From: Eledone cirrhosa
Taxonomy: Eukaryota
DNA: 64,000 nucleotides
NCBI GenBank assembly: GCA_964016885.1
Contig: OZ024744.1
Span: forward strand, 117,118,001-117,182,000
Reading direction: 5' to 3'
Shown here: positions 36,101-47,120 of the stretch, piece by piece
How positions within the stretch are numbered: the first letter of the stretch is position 1
Layout: every line of letters begins with the position of its first letter
Notes under the pieces: model-generated
What the model saw: only the letters and a program-made list of their open reading frames with translations
What the model was told of the DNA's origin: nothing
Databases searched by the model: none
Position numbers and translations under genes: made by a program

Positions 36101-37810
36101 CTACCTGTTCGGCTCCTGAGGAGCAGGTTGCACAATATCCATGGGCGTATTGGAGGGGTTGTTTGGTGGGGTGTTGTTCTGTGGTGGAGTGGGGGTGTTT
36201 GGTGAGGTGTGGGTGGGGAAACGTTTCAAGAGGACGCGGTTATAGGGTCGAGTACATGTTTTCCCCACGTCCTCAGGAAAGTTCTCTCTTAGTTTTGCAT
36301 AGGTGTCCATTGGGAGCCTTATCATTTTTAAATGCGGTTTGTTGGCCGCGCTTGCAAAGAATTGCCCTTCAGTTTCCACCAAAGGGTCTTTGTGTATTGT
36401 TTTTACTAGTTCTTTGTTATTTGTGTTAATGTATGTATACTGTTTTATTTGTGTTGTGTTTGTTTGTTGTTCTTGTGTGTGCTTACGTTTTGTTGTATGT
36501 GTTATGTTTTGGGGTGGGGCGGATTTTGTTTGTTCTGCTTGTTTTGTTTTTGTTGGTGGTTGTGTGTTTGTTTCGTTTATGTTCGAGTGGTGCTTTCTTT
36601 TTTTCCTTTTTACAGGTTGGAAGGGTTCCCCCTCTTCGTCACTAGGTGCCGTTTCCGCTGGGTCCTCGTCCGTGCTGTCGGGTAGTGGTGTATTTTGGGG
36701 TTTTGTTGTATTTGTGTGTGTTTTGGGAGTTGTTTTGGGTGGGGCCGTGTCTTGTGTTATTTTTCCGTGTTGTTTTTGTTGTTGTTGTGGTGGCGGTGGT
36801 GGTGTGTGGGGTGTAGGCAAAAGAGCCTTTTTTTTTGTCAATTGAGGACAAGCAGCCCTTAGATGACCCCTGCTTGAACAGTAGTAACATATGGGCCTCC
36901 TACCCTCGGCTGAAATATATATAAATGTTTCTCCATCGAGGGACACCCTCTGTGGTATTCTAGCTATTCGTTCTGGTCTCATTTGGACCAGAACCTCCAC
37001 GCTCAAACCGCCGAAAACGTCTGTGGTGACTTCTCCTACTGAGAGGATTCCGTCCTCGTCTTCTAAAAATCCTGTTAGTACCCAGGAAATGCATGCATTT
37101 GGCCGGATTCCGGAGACCCTTATCTTCTGCGTTCTTTTCCCTAAATATGTGGGGAAAAATGTATGTAGCTTGGAAACAATTGGTGCCACAGAGTATTTCC
37201 TGGCCGTCAATTGATCCTTCATTAGGACCGTTATATTCCCATAGAGTGGCCCTTTTTGTATGAACGATATATCACTCCACACATTTTTTAGGACCAGCTC
37301 AATCTCTTTTTGGGATAATTGAGTTGGTTTCCTTGTTATGTTGGAAATTGTTCTGAAAGATATCGTTCTTAGCGTCGTGTCTCTTTTGATTTCTTGTGGG
37401 GAGGTGATTGTGAAGTCTCCTCCTTCTTTGAAAGTTACATACTGTTTCGCTTCCTTCATCTTTTCTCTCAGAGTTGTAATGTCCAGTTGCTTGCAGGTTT
37501 GTGTTTTCCGGACCGCCTGTGCAAAGGAGGCACCAGTAGTGGGTTCGCTTTGTTTGGTGTTATCGTTATTTTTTCCTTGGTTGGTGTTGTGACTATTGCT
37601 GTTATTGTCGTTGTTGTTTTTGTCTGCGTTTATGTGACTTTCTGGGTTTTCACCCAATTTTACAAATTTTTCTTTTAATTCCGTGTTCCATGTTTCTTTT
37701 GCAGAAGTGAGGAGGGAAGACTTAGAGCCTTGTGCTTCTAGCTTCTCTGTATCACCTTTCTTAGGGGGCGTGGCTTTCACGTTAGGATGAGATGTGAAAA
37801 TTCCGTCCAT
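36101..37810 (-). CDS. Tx1-like ORF1 nucleic-acid-binding protein (zinc knuckle)
   Basis: First ATG at 37810 (MDGIFTSH). CYYCSSRGHLRAAC is CX2CX4HX4C; SFAQAV motif; basic FQPVKRKKRK in a low-complexity C-terminus. Confidence 0.88.
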   Translation of the reverse strand: MDGIFTSHPNVKATPPKKGDTEKLEAQGSKSSLLTSAKETWNTELKEKFVKLGENPESHINADKNNNDNNSNSHNTNQGKNNDNTKQSEPTTGASFAQAVRKTQTCKQLDITTLREKMKEAKQYVTFKEGGDFTITSPQEIKRDTTLRTISFRTISNITRKPTQLSQKEIELVLKNVWSDISFIQKGPLYGNITVLMKDQLTARKYSVAPIVSKLHTFFPTYLGKRTQKIRVSGIRPNACISWVLTGFLEDEDGILSVGEVTTDVFGGLSVEVLVQMRPERIARIPQRVSLDGETFIYISAEGRRPICYYCSSRGHLRAACPQLTKKKALLPTPHTPPPPPQQQQKQHGKITQDTAPPKTTPKTHTNTTKPQNTPLPDSTDEDPAETAPSDEEGEPFQPVKRKKRKHHSNINETNTQPPTKTKQAEQTKSAPPQNITHTTKRKHTQEQQTNTTQIKQYTYINTNNKELVKTIHKDPLVETEGQFFASAANKPHLKMIRLPMDTYAKLRENFPEDVGKTCTRPYNRVLLKRFPTHTSPNTPTPPQNNTPPNNPSNTPMDIVQPAPQEPNR

Positions 37811-38595
37811 TTCAATTAGTTTGCCGTAATAAATTTTTAACTGGAAAATTCGCCCCAAAAAGGGGCGAAAATAAATAAACTCAAAGTTTGACGACCAAGG
37901 CAAGGGGTTAACGTATATTACAGTATAAAAAAATTAATCAAAACTCACTTTTTGAGTAAGTAAATCCGACTCGGTAGCCGAGCTTGTTCACACACGTCAA
38001 CACACGTCTCTCGTATACGAGATGTTATGTGAGATATTATGTGAGGTAAAGCCTTTACTGTGAAAATACAATAGTATATATAGAGTAATGTAAATGTTAT
38101 GTGAGATATTATGTTAGGTAAAAACTTTACTGTGAAAATACAATAGTATATATAGTGTAATGTAAATGTTATGTGAGGTATTTTGTGAGGTAAAGCCTTT
38201 ACTGTGAAAATACAATAGTATATATAGAGTAATGTAAATGTTATGAGATATTATGTGAGGTAAAACCTTTACTGTGAAAATACAATAGTATATATAGAGT
38301 AATGTAAATGTTATGTAAGATATTATGTGAGGTAAAGTCTTTACTGTGAAAATATAATAGTATATATAGAGTAATGTAAATGTTATGTGAGGTAATTATG
38401 TGAGGTAAAGCTTTTACTGTGAAAATACAATAGTATATATAGAGTAATGTAAATGTTATGTGAGATATTATGTGAGGTAAAGCCTTTACTGTGAAAATAC
38501 AATAGTATATATAGAGTAATGTAAATGTTATGTGAGGTAAAGTCTTTACTGTGAAAATACAATAGTATATATAGAGTAATGTAAATGTTATGTGA

Positions 38596-38875
38596 ACACA
38601 CCTGTGATGAGTGTGACTCTAACACACCTGTGATGAGTGACTTTAACACACCTGCAATGAGTATGTCTTTAACACACCTGTAATGAGTGGGACTTTAACA
38701 CACCTGTGATGAGTGGGACTTTAACACACCTGTGATGAGTGGGACTTTAACACACCTGTGATGAGTGGGACTTTAACACACCTGTGATGAGTGGGACTTT
38801 AACACACCTGTGATGAGGTGATGAGTGTGACTTTAACACACCCATGATGAGTGTGACTCTAACCCACCTGTGATG
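38596..38875. repeat. 26-bp minisatellite (~10 copies)
   Basis: Unit aacacacctgtgatgagtgggacttt. Confidence 0.9.
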
Positions 38876-39038
38876 ATGTCCCTCTTTCAAAGCTAATGAC
38901 CTACACCAGTAGAGGTGGTGTGTAATGACCATAAAAACATGTCCTAATGCAGTACGAAGTGTTCAGTTTAATATTTGATTTGATTTTAATAAAAGTTTGC
39001 ATAGTTTATAAGTAATATTAATATCTATTTTATTCCAG

Positions 39039-39076
39039 AAAATAAATTTAGAAAAGAAACATTCGCTGCTTGCAAG
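39039..39076 (+). CDS. Host gene micro-exon B (38 bp; KINLEKKHSLLA)
   Basis: Acceptor ctattttattccag|, donor AAG|gtaatt. Phase 0 to 2, which bridges exon A (ends phase 0) and exon C (starts phase 2). Confidence 0.6.
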
Positions 39077-39992
39077 GTAATTATATATTTTAAAAATATA
39101 TTATATATATATCATCATCATCATAATCACTGTTTAAGATCTTCTTTCCATGTTAGCATGGGTCAGACAGGTTATATATGTTATGAGATTCAAGTCTGGC
39201 CAGATGCCTGCACTAATAGGACTGCATTTTGGCCGTTATTTTTTTCTTTACAGCTGGATGCCCTTCCTAACACCAACCAGGCTTACAGTATATATATATA
39301 TATATCTTCTTTTTCTTTTTCTTCTTTTTCTTTTTCTTCTTTTTCTTCTTTTTCTTCTTTTTCTTCTTTTTCTTCTTTTTCTTCTTTTTCTTCTTTTTCT
39401 TCTTCTTCTTCTTCTTCTTCTTCGCCCCTCTCCTCCTCCTCCTCCTCCTCCTATGTATTCCTGGGAGAGTTATGGGGGCACAGTCCCCAAACACTCCTTC
39501 CAGCAGGTCCTGTCAGAAGTAACCATCTCCAACTGATCAGGCAGGCTGGATCCCCAAGTAAACCCGCCAAGTAGGATATATTCACATAGTAATTCAACGA
39601 CCCATGTTCCACACTATATGGTTCGGTAACGACATGGTGTGTATCATATATAATCAACTTCTCTTATTCCAAAGAATTCTCTTGCCTATCAACGAATTGT
39701 AATTATTCCAGTATTGGTTAATAATTAATGTTGTTTCTTGAATTCCAGAAACCATGGTTGTGGCACTTTCTAAGTAAAACCAACTTAATTTAGTCAATTT
39801 AACTTATTTCCCCCACCCCACCGTAATTTTGGCGTAAGTTTAACATATTTAATTATTTCTTTGAGTGGATTTATTGATTAATCTTATTCTTTCTTTGAGG
39901 TGTCTAAGTATTAGAGACAGTTAACTTTATAAATTGAGGTTACATATATATGCATATATATATATATATATATGAGTATATATATGTATGTA

Positions 39993-40044
39993 GGCTTTCC
40001 TGATGATTTCCTTCGAATGAAACAGTTCTAGTCCTGTAGAAGCC
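39993..40044 (+). ncRNA. Type I hammerhead ribozyme
   Basis: ggctttc-CUGAUGA-t ttc cttc gaa t-GAAA-cag ttctagtc ctg-UA-gaagcc; all three stems pair, GUA cleavage triplet. Confidence 0.75.
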
Positions 40045-40325
40045 ATTTCCATATTAAATATATATATATATGGAAAAGAATGAAATGAAATTTCATTTCT
40101 CACTCTTAGTTTTCATATTTAGGATCCTGGGATGGGGGGGGGGGAGACCTTTCTATTTCAGCTTCCTGTCTTATACTGTCCCTTTTTTTTCAACATTTAC
40201 CCTCTCACCCTATTTCAGCTAACACCAGACATGTTTTACAGAAACCTACTTCATCATTCAACACACATTTATATAAAAACTGTTCTCTTAGACTGACAGA
40301 TGGTTTTAACAACTGTTGTAGCTTT

Positions 40326-40363
<38 letters not shown>

Positions 40364-40433
40364 TTGTACATATCTGCAGACTTTCACACAAGCAGATACA
40401 TATGCAAATACACAAACACATATATGTACACAT

Positions 40434-40645
40434 GGAGGCACATGGCTTAGTGGTTAGAACATTGGCCTTGCAATCGAAAGGTTGTGAGTTCAATTCTCAG
40501 ACCGGGTGATGTGTTGTTTCCTTGAGCAAGACACTTTATTTCACATTGCTCCAGTTTACTCATTTTTAGAGAGAACCCTTTAGCGGCCAATAGTGGTATA
40601 AGCTCTCTGAACTTTTTCCATCCCGTTCTGACTCTAGCTACTGTA
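40434..40645 (+). mobile_element. CORE-SINE 5' half fused to an antisense RTE ORF fragment
   Basis: SINE head to ~40562, then the reverse complement of VARVRTGWKKFRELIPLLAAKGFSLKM. Confidence 0.75.
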
Positions 40646-40655
40646 TATATATACG

Positions 40656-41002
40656 GGAGGCACATGGCTTAGTGGTTAGAGCATTGGCCTTGCAATCGAA
40701 AGGTTGTGAGTTCAATTCTCAGACCAGGTGATGTGTTGTTTCCTTGAGCAAGACACTTTATTTCACATTGCTCCAGTTTACTCAGCTGTAGAAATGAGAT
40801 GATAGGGACTGGGTTCCCTATCATTCCACTGCAAAGTGGACGTGTAGGCGCCACGGCAAACAAAGCACCCAGCCCACACTGTAAATGAGGTTGGTGTTAG
40901 GAAGGGCATCCAGCTGTAGAAATCAAGCCAGAATCAGTTCCCATCCCACCCTTGCAAGCAGGGAAAAGTGGACGTAAAATGAAATGATGATGATGATGAT
41001 GA
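40656..41002 (+). mobile_element. CORE-type SINE, full length
   Basis: Near-identical to 2889-3234. Confidence 0.88.
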
Positions 41003-41065
41003 TACATACGTCAAAACAACATTCACTCACACACAATATGAAACACATATATGCATTTTCATGTG

Positions 41066-41300
41066 TATCATCATCATCATTTTACACCCGCTTTTCCCTG
41101 CTTGCAAGAGTGGGACGGGTCCTATTCAGCACAACATCTCTCCATTTGTCACGGTCCTTTGTCATCTCTTCTGTGAGCTTCAGCGATCTGAGGTCTGCTC
41201 TCACCACCTCCGCCCATGTTTTCCATGGTCTTCCTCTACTGCGTCTTCCTTCCACCAGGATTTTTTGGCACTTCTTCACTCAGTGGTCATCCTTCATGAG
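41066..41300 (-). mobile_element. RTE LINE extreme 3' fragment
   Basis: KKCQKILVEGRRSRGRPWKTWAEVVRADL...; (GAT)n tail. Confidence 0.85.
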
Positions 41301-41672
41301 CATATATATATATATATATATATAGAGTAAGGGTAACGGTAAAGGGTAAAGACACCCCTCCCCTAACCTCTTTCAGTCAGAAATGATCATGGAATTTGTA
41401 CCTAGAAAGTTCCCCCTCCAAGGCACAAGTCAGGCAAGGTTGTTTGTGGAAGACCAGCAGTCACCCATGTATACTAGTCTCTCCCCTCTCTCCATACCAC
41501 TGATGTTGTCCAAGGGAAAGGTAATGTCCGATACAGCTTGGTACCAGTGACATCACAACTATATATGTACTATATATATATGAAGTGTTTCCAGGAAGGA
41601 TAAAGGAGAAGGGAGTGCTCTATGTAGGCTACAGAGCTTTTTAGTTATGAAATAAACAACATAAGATAATTA

Positions 41673-41741
41673 TCATTTACCAAAGGTTTCACGAAGACAG
41701 ATGAGCCTGAATCAGACGTCTGACTTCAATCGTCAGAATGA
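41673..41741 (-). ncRNA. Type I hammerhead ribozyme
   Basis: Minus strand: tcatt-CUGACGA-ttgaagtcaga...tctgtcttcgt-GAAA-cc ttt gg-UA-aatga. Confidence 0.75.
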
Positions 41742-42032
41742 AATTTTATTTAAAATGGAAGTGAGATATGGATTTCAAAACAGAGTCTAGGACAATTGAA
41801 AGTGAGGCTGAAATAAAATAAAGGACATAATGTAAAGGGGAAACTAATAAATGTATATGTATATTTAAACACACCTATATACAAGCACATATACCTATAC
41901 TCACACACTCACACATACGTACATGTGTGCCTACATGCACATACAAACACACACACATATATACATGCGCTCCTACACCCATACGTACGCACACATGCAC
42001 AAACACATAAATATACACATATATACATGTAC

Positions 42033-42076
<44 letters not shown>

Positions 42077-42559
42077 ATATACACACACACACATATGCAA
42101 ACACACGCACGTTTACACACATGCATGCGCACAGACACACACACATATGGATATATATACACACACATATATACATATATAGATATATAGGCGCACACAC
42201 ACACCCACACACATACATACATGCACACACACACAAACATGCATACATATACTCACACACATACATAAACACATACACAACACACCACACTCACATGCAT
42301 AACAAGTCGATACAGTTCAGTGGCAGAATTAGCAGACACGAAAAATATTAAACCAAGATCAAAAAATAAAATAAAGACAAAAATGAACAGGCTGACAAAA
42401 ACAAGAAGATAATAAATTATATATATATATACATACACACATACATATAAGTAAGTACATACATATATATACACACATATACACACACATACACACATAT
42501 ACACACATAACAAGGCCCTTAAGAATAGCGATTTTAATGAACAAATCAAATATATCCTC

Positions 42560-43160
42560 CTTCTACCACTAAACGCAATAACAGGAAAAGAAAAAAATGA
42601 TATGGTTTACCCACCTTTCTCTTTAACAGTTAAAACTAATGTAGGAAGAAAATTCCTTGAACTCCTAGACAAACATTTCCCCCAACATCATAGATATAAG
42701 ATATTTGATAGAAATTTAGTTAAAATTAGCTACTCTTGCTGCCCATCAACGAAATCCAAAATTACCAACTCAAATATAACAAATGCAATACAAAATCTAT
42801 CGTACATGAGACCAAACTGACACCCATTATAAATAACCAACCAGCCAGGAGTGAGCGATATGTGGACATGACACAAGACAAATTTAAAATCAGGTACTAT
42901 GCACGTGTTGCTTCATTCAAACACCCTGAGAAAAGAACATCTACCACACTGGCTAATAAAGTGTGGGAGTTTAAAGAAAGAAATATTCCATACTTGATTG
43001 ATTGGTCTATTTTAGACCACTCAAAAGAATACAAGAAAGGCACAAAAAAATGTTCTTTGTGAATAACAGAAAAGTACAGAATACTTCAAAATCTGAAAAC
43101 TCCTACCACTTGCCTCAATTTTAAAACAGATCTTCAGAAATTGTCCGCACCTGAAATCAT
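42560..43160 (+). mobile_element. Penelope-like GIY-YIG remnant
   Basis: PPFSLTVKTNVGRKFLELLDKHFPQHHRYKIFDRNLVKISYSC; FKIRYYARVASFKHPEKRTSTTLANKVWE...IDWSIL...KKCSL. Confidence 0.85.
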
Positions 43161-43920
43161 GCATATGGTTTGGACTTAGTGATGGCTTTCCATTGAATGG
43201 AGTAGTCTATACTTGAGTCCTTGAGGGACCATACTTGGCTCGCGAGTTTCGTGGATGAATGTCTGTCCGGGTACCTAAAGGTCAATTGGTGGTTTAGGAA
43301 GCGTTCCTTAAATCAGCCCTCCGCAATACCCCCAATCGACCTTTAGGTACCCGGACAGATGTTCATCCACAAAACTCATGAGCCACGTATAGTCCCTCAA
43401 GGACTCAAGTATAGACTACTCCATTCAATGGAAAGCCATCACTAAGTCCAAACCATACGCAAGGGGCAATCCGTCGTGTGGACTGTGTATTGATGAACGA
43501 ATAAATATTCTAAAGAGATTACGCAATAGTGATAGCCTAAACATGAGCAATGAATTCTTCACACGTTGTCCACACGTCTGGAAACACCTCTTACATAACT
43601 ACACAGCTCCGGATTGAATTACAACAACATATTAATTTTCTTATCAACCAGAAACTTTTGGACTTTCGCAGTTATCTCCCTTACACCTCTCACACGCAAT
43701 TTAGTATTGCCTGTGTGAAGTGATCATTTCTGCGCATGCGCGTTCGTACGGTTGTCCTTCCTGTTCCGTATAACCATGTCCATTAGGAGCTGAGGATCCG
43801 CTAAGGTGAAACAATTGTTCTCGGTATGGTGAACTAACTGTTGTATAACCACTTCTACCTAACTCGTCCCATGAACTGAGTGCTCTACCACTATGGATAT
43901 TACCTTCCAGTGTTCTACCA
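43161..43920 (+). mobile_element. Second Penelope-like 3' remnant with ~128-bp 5' fold-back and 3' HHR
   Basis: 43161-43289 is inverted at 43332-43460. The right arm reads FRYPDRCSSTKL..SIQWKAITKSKPYARGNPSCGLCIDERINIL...EFFTRCPH. Confidence 0.8.
43787..43822 (+). ncRNA. Minimal type I hammerhead ribozyme (36 nt)
   Basis: gag-CUGAGGA-tcc gctaa ggt-GAAA-caattg-UU-ctc; palindromic stem III; lies downstream of a Penelope ORF end. Confidence 0.75.
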
Positions 43921-43926
43921 TTATAT

Positions 43927-44693
43927 ATCATCATCATCATCATCACCGTTTTACGTCCGTTCTTCCATGCTAGCATGGGTTAGACGGGTTGTCCTGCTGT
44001 GGGCAGTGTCTGGTCGGCTGACCATGCCTTCCTCATACAGGAACTGATTTTGGCTTGGTTTCTACAGCTGGATGCCCTTCATAACACCAACCTCATTTAC
44101 AGTGAGTGATGGGTGCTTTTTTCCGTGGCGCCTACACGTCCACTTTACAGTGTGGGCTGGGTGCTTTTTTGCTGTGGCACCTCCACGACCACTTTGCAGT
44201 GGGAGGGTGTGGGGGCATATTGTCTATATGCTTCAGCTTCGGCTTATTCCTGTGGGAGGTCGGGTACTCTGTATTACTGCGTGACGCCAGAGGTCACGGT
44301 CGTGTGTCATCGCCTTTGAGAGGTGCAACTGGGTAAGTTCGGCCCACATCACCTCATCCCAGGTCTTCTTGGGTCTCCCCACTCCGCGGCTTCCATTGAC
44401 TTCTAGTGCCCTGCACCTTTTATGCACCTGTCATCCTTCATACGCATCACATGTCCATATCAACACATTCGCCTCTCCTGCACACATCATTTGATTCCTC
44501 TGATGCTCAGTCTCTCTCTCAATTCATTTATGCTTTGCCGTTTGCGTATATTACTATTACACATCCATCGGAGCATGCAGGCTTCGTTTCTCTCTAATCT
44601 ACGTAAGTCTTCCAGCTTCAGCGCCCAGGTCTCACTACCATGTAACATTGCTGTTCGTATACACGCATCATACAGTCTGCCTTTCATTTTGAG
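43927..44693 (-). mobile_element. RTE LINE 3' fragment with long 3' UTR
   Basis: LKMKGRLYDACIRTAMLHGSETW...GRPKKTWDEV; (GAT)n tail. Confidence 0.9.
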
Positions 44694-44801
44694 GATATAT
44701 ATATATATATATAAATGTGAATGTATGCATATGCGTATGAGTATGTTTGCATTTATGGCCTCGTGCATATATATGTGTATATATATGTATATATGTGTAT
44801 G

Positions 44802-44832
<31 letters not shown>

Positions 44833-45327
44833 ATATATATATATGCTTTTAGGTATGTATGTATGTGTATGTACATATGTTTGTATTGTGAGTGAATATA
44901 TGTGTGTGTGGCGTGAGCCTGTATATATGTGTGTGTATGTGTGTATATAAATATATATGTATGTACATATATACATGTATATATATGTATATATGTGTGT
45001 GTATGTAAATATATATGTATGTACATATATACATGTATATATATATATATGTATGTGTGTATGTATGTATATATATATATAATTTATTATTTTCTTGTTT
45101 TTGTCAACCCGTTCATTTTTGTCTTTATTTTATTTTTTGATCTTGTTTTTAAAATTTTTCGTGTCTGCTAATTCTGCCACTGAACTGTATCGACTTTTTA
45201 TGCATGTGTGTGTGGTGTGTTGTGTATGTGTTTATGTATCTGTGTGGGTATATGTATGCATGTGCATGTGTGTGTACATGTATGCATGTATGTATGTGTG
45301 TGCGCCTATATATGTATATATGTATTA

Positions 45328-46520
45328 CAGGGGAAAATGCGGGCGCATGTAAAGAAATATTCTTAAATTAATAAACCTAGAAAATTGCACCTGGAAAAGT
45401 AAAGGACAAGAAAACTTCTTCTTAAAACTTCTTAAAATATTGCAGCTATAGTATAAATTTGAATAATAAAAAATATTTGATTTAAATATACATAGAAAGT
45501 GATAAATTCTAATAATACAGTTGACTCTCTAATTGATAATAATACTAATTTATGATCATTTATTTAATTTTGTGATCCTAATTTACACCATAGTGGTGGG
45601 GTCATTAAATAAATATACTTTATTTTACTTTACTAAATGGGACTGAAAAAATGAGTGACAATTATAAACATCAAATAAAACAAAATTTTGGCATGTAAAT
45701 GACACTAACAATTAATTAATAATTAATTAGGGAGCCAACTGTAATGATAAATAATAACAAATTATAATTGTTTAATAATGAAATTTAAGACCTGTCAGAG
45801 ATCAAAATAACCAATCTACATTTTTAGGTAGAGTAAAATTAGACTACAATTAAAAATTAAACATTGTCTAATTCAACAGTTCATCTAATGAATTGATGAA
45901 TTCACTATAATTGATTGATTCACTATAAATGAATAATTGATGAATTGACTTTTACCTAATTTTGCCCCTTGAGATGTTGAATTTTACTATATTATTAAAA
46001 AAATCTGTAATACTCATAAAAAGTGCAATTATATGATGCACTGTTTTTGATTTATTTTACTGCATTATTTGATAACTAAATTTTTAAAAATATAATTTGA
46101 TTAAGAGTGAAAATGTTTAAATATCTTATAACATAAATTAATAAATTGTACATATTAATTATTATTATTATTATTAATTAATTATTGTACAAATTATTGT
46201 ACAAATTTTATTTTAAAAAGATTAATTTGTATACACCAAGAAAAAAATTAAGTATACAGTAGTCAACTCTCCCTATAAGACAGTCATTTTCCCAGTCCTT
46301 TAAAGTGATATTTTTTTAACAATTAACTTATAATTATTTATTTTTAGTTTTATAATCTAAATATTTTTTTTTAAATTTAGACTTTAGCTGCAATATTTTA
46401 AGAAGTTTTAAGAAGAAGTTTTCTTGTCCTTTACTTTTCCAGGTGTAATAACTTGTCCTTTACTTTTCTAGGTTTATTAATTTAAGAATATTTCTTTACA
46501 TGCGCCCGCATTTTTCCCTG
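45328..46520. mobile_element. Non-autonomous Tc1/mariner-like element with ~120-bp TIRs and TA TSD
   Basis: TA|caggggaaaatgcgggcgcatgtaaagaaatattc ... gaatatttctttacatgcgcccgcatttttccctg|TA; AT-rich non-coding interior. Confidence 0.85.
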
Positions 46521-46633
46521 TAATCCACTTTTTTTCCAGGCAATGCAAGGATATTAATTAATATTAAAAATATTTATCAACAAATAAGTTAAATAAATAA
46601 TAATGAATAGAAAGAAGTGCAGATAGGAAAAGT

Positions 46634-46705
46634 AATCAGGGTGGGAATCAAACCCACGACCTTCGGATTGCCGGTCCACTGCTCTACCGACTGAGCTACC
46701 TGACC
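46634..46705 (-). pseudogene. tRNA-like sequence (pseudo-tRNA or SINE head, GGC anticodon loop)
   Basis: gtcaggtagctcagtcggtagagcagtggaccggcaatccgaaggtcgtgggtttgattcccaccctga: D arm and T stem pair, T loop is TTTGATT, anticodon stem is mismatched. Confidence 0.6.
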
Positions 46706-47120
46706 ACAATTCACTATTGCACAATCTATCACTATTTTAATATATTAGAAATTAGAAACAAACTAAGCGTTACTTATGTATGTAGTTCCTTACACTCTTT
46801 TGGTCCTCACTTATTTTTATGTAACTTTTTTTCTACTGAACCAAATTTCAATATTTTTATGTCAAAAAGTAGCTTATCTGTCGTCCTATAAAGTGCAGAA
46901 AACCGCATCCAATTCTATCAAAAATTGAATTAGTGACAAAGCTTTGAAGGTGTCGCGAGTGACCGAAATGGGACCTTAAGAATATTATACACCTACTACC
47001 GTAGGTGTATGATATATGTGTGTGTATATGTATCCATATGTGTGTGTCTGTGTGCGTGCATGTGTGTAAGCGTGCGTGTGTGTGTGTATGTGTATAAATA
47101 TATATATATATATATATACA

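Larger units (their letters stand above)
32405..38021 (-). mobile_element. Full-length Tx1-type (L1 clade) non-LTR retrotransposon
   Basis: 5' UTR, ORF1, 21-bp spacer, ORF2, 3' UTR ending AATAAAGAAACC; both junctions abut the 72-bp repeat. Confidence 0.92.
31419..38595. mobile_element. Second copy of the piggyBac-like MITE with expanded 72-bp minisatellite (31550-32404 and 38022-38595), split by the Tx1 element
   Basis: Left end ccctttagcatttaaacc...gccagaattctctcacctctttctgttcaaact matches 16064-16200. The right TIR is not found. Confidence 0.75.

Noticed and set aside
32769-37678. Plus-strand ORFs overlapping the Tx1 element
   Set aside because: Antisense shadows of a GC-richer coding region with no recognisable motifs.
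39267-39494. Poly-Lys/Arg ORF
   Set aside because: Translation of a (TTC/TTTTTC)n and (CCT)n microsatellite.
46634-46705. Functional tRNA-Ala(GGC) gene
   Set aside because: The T loop lacks the TTC consensus, the anticodon stem is mismatched, and GGC is an atypical eukaryotic anticodon. Treated as a pseudo-tRNA or SINE head.
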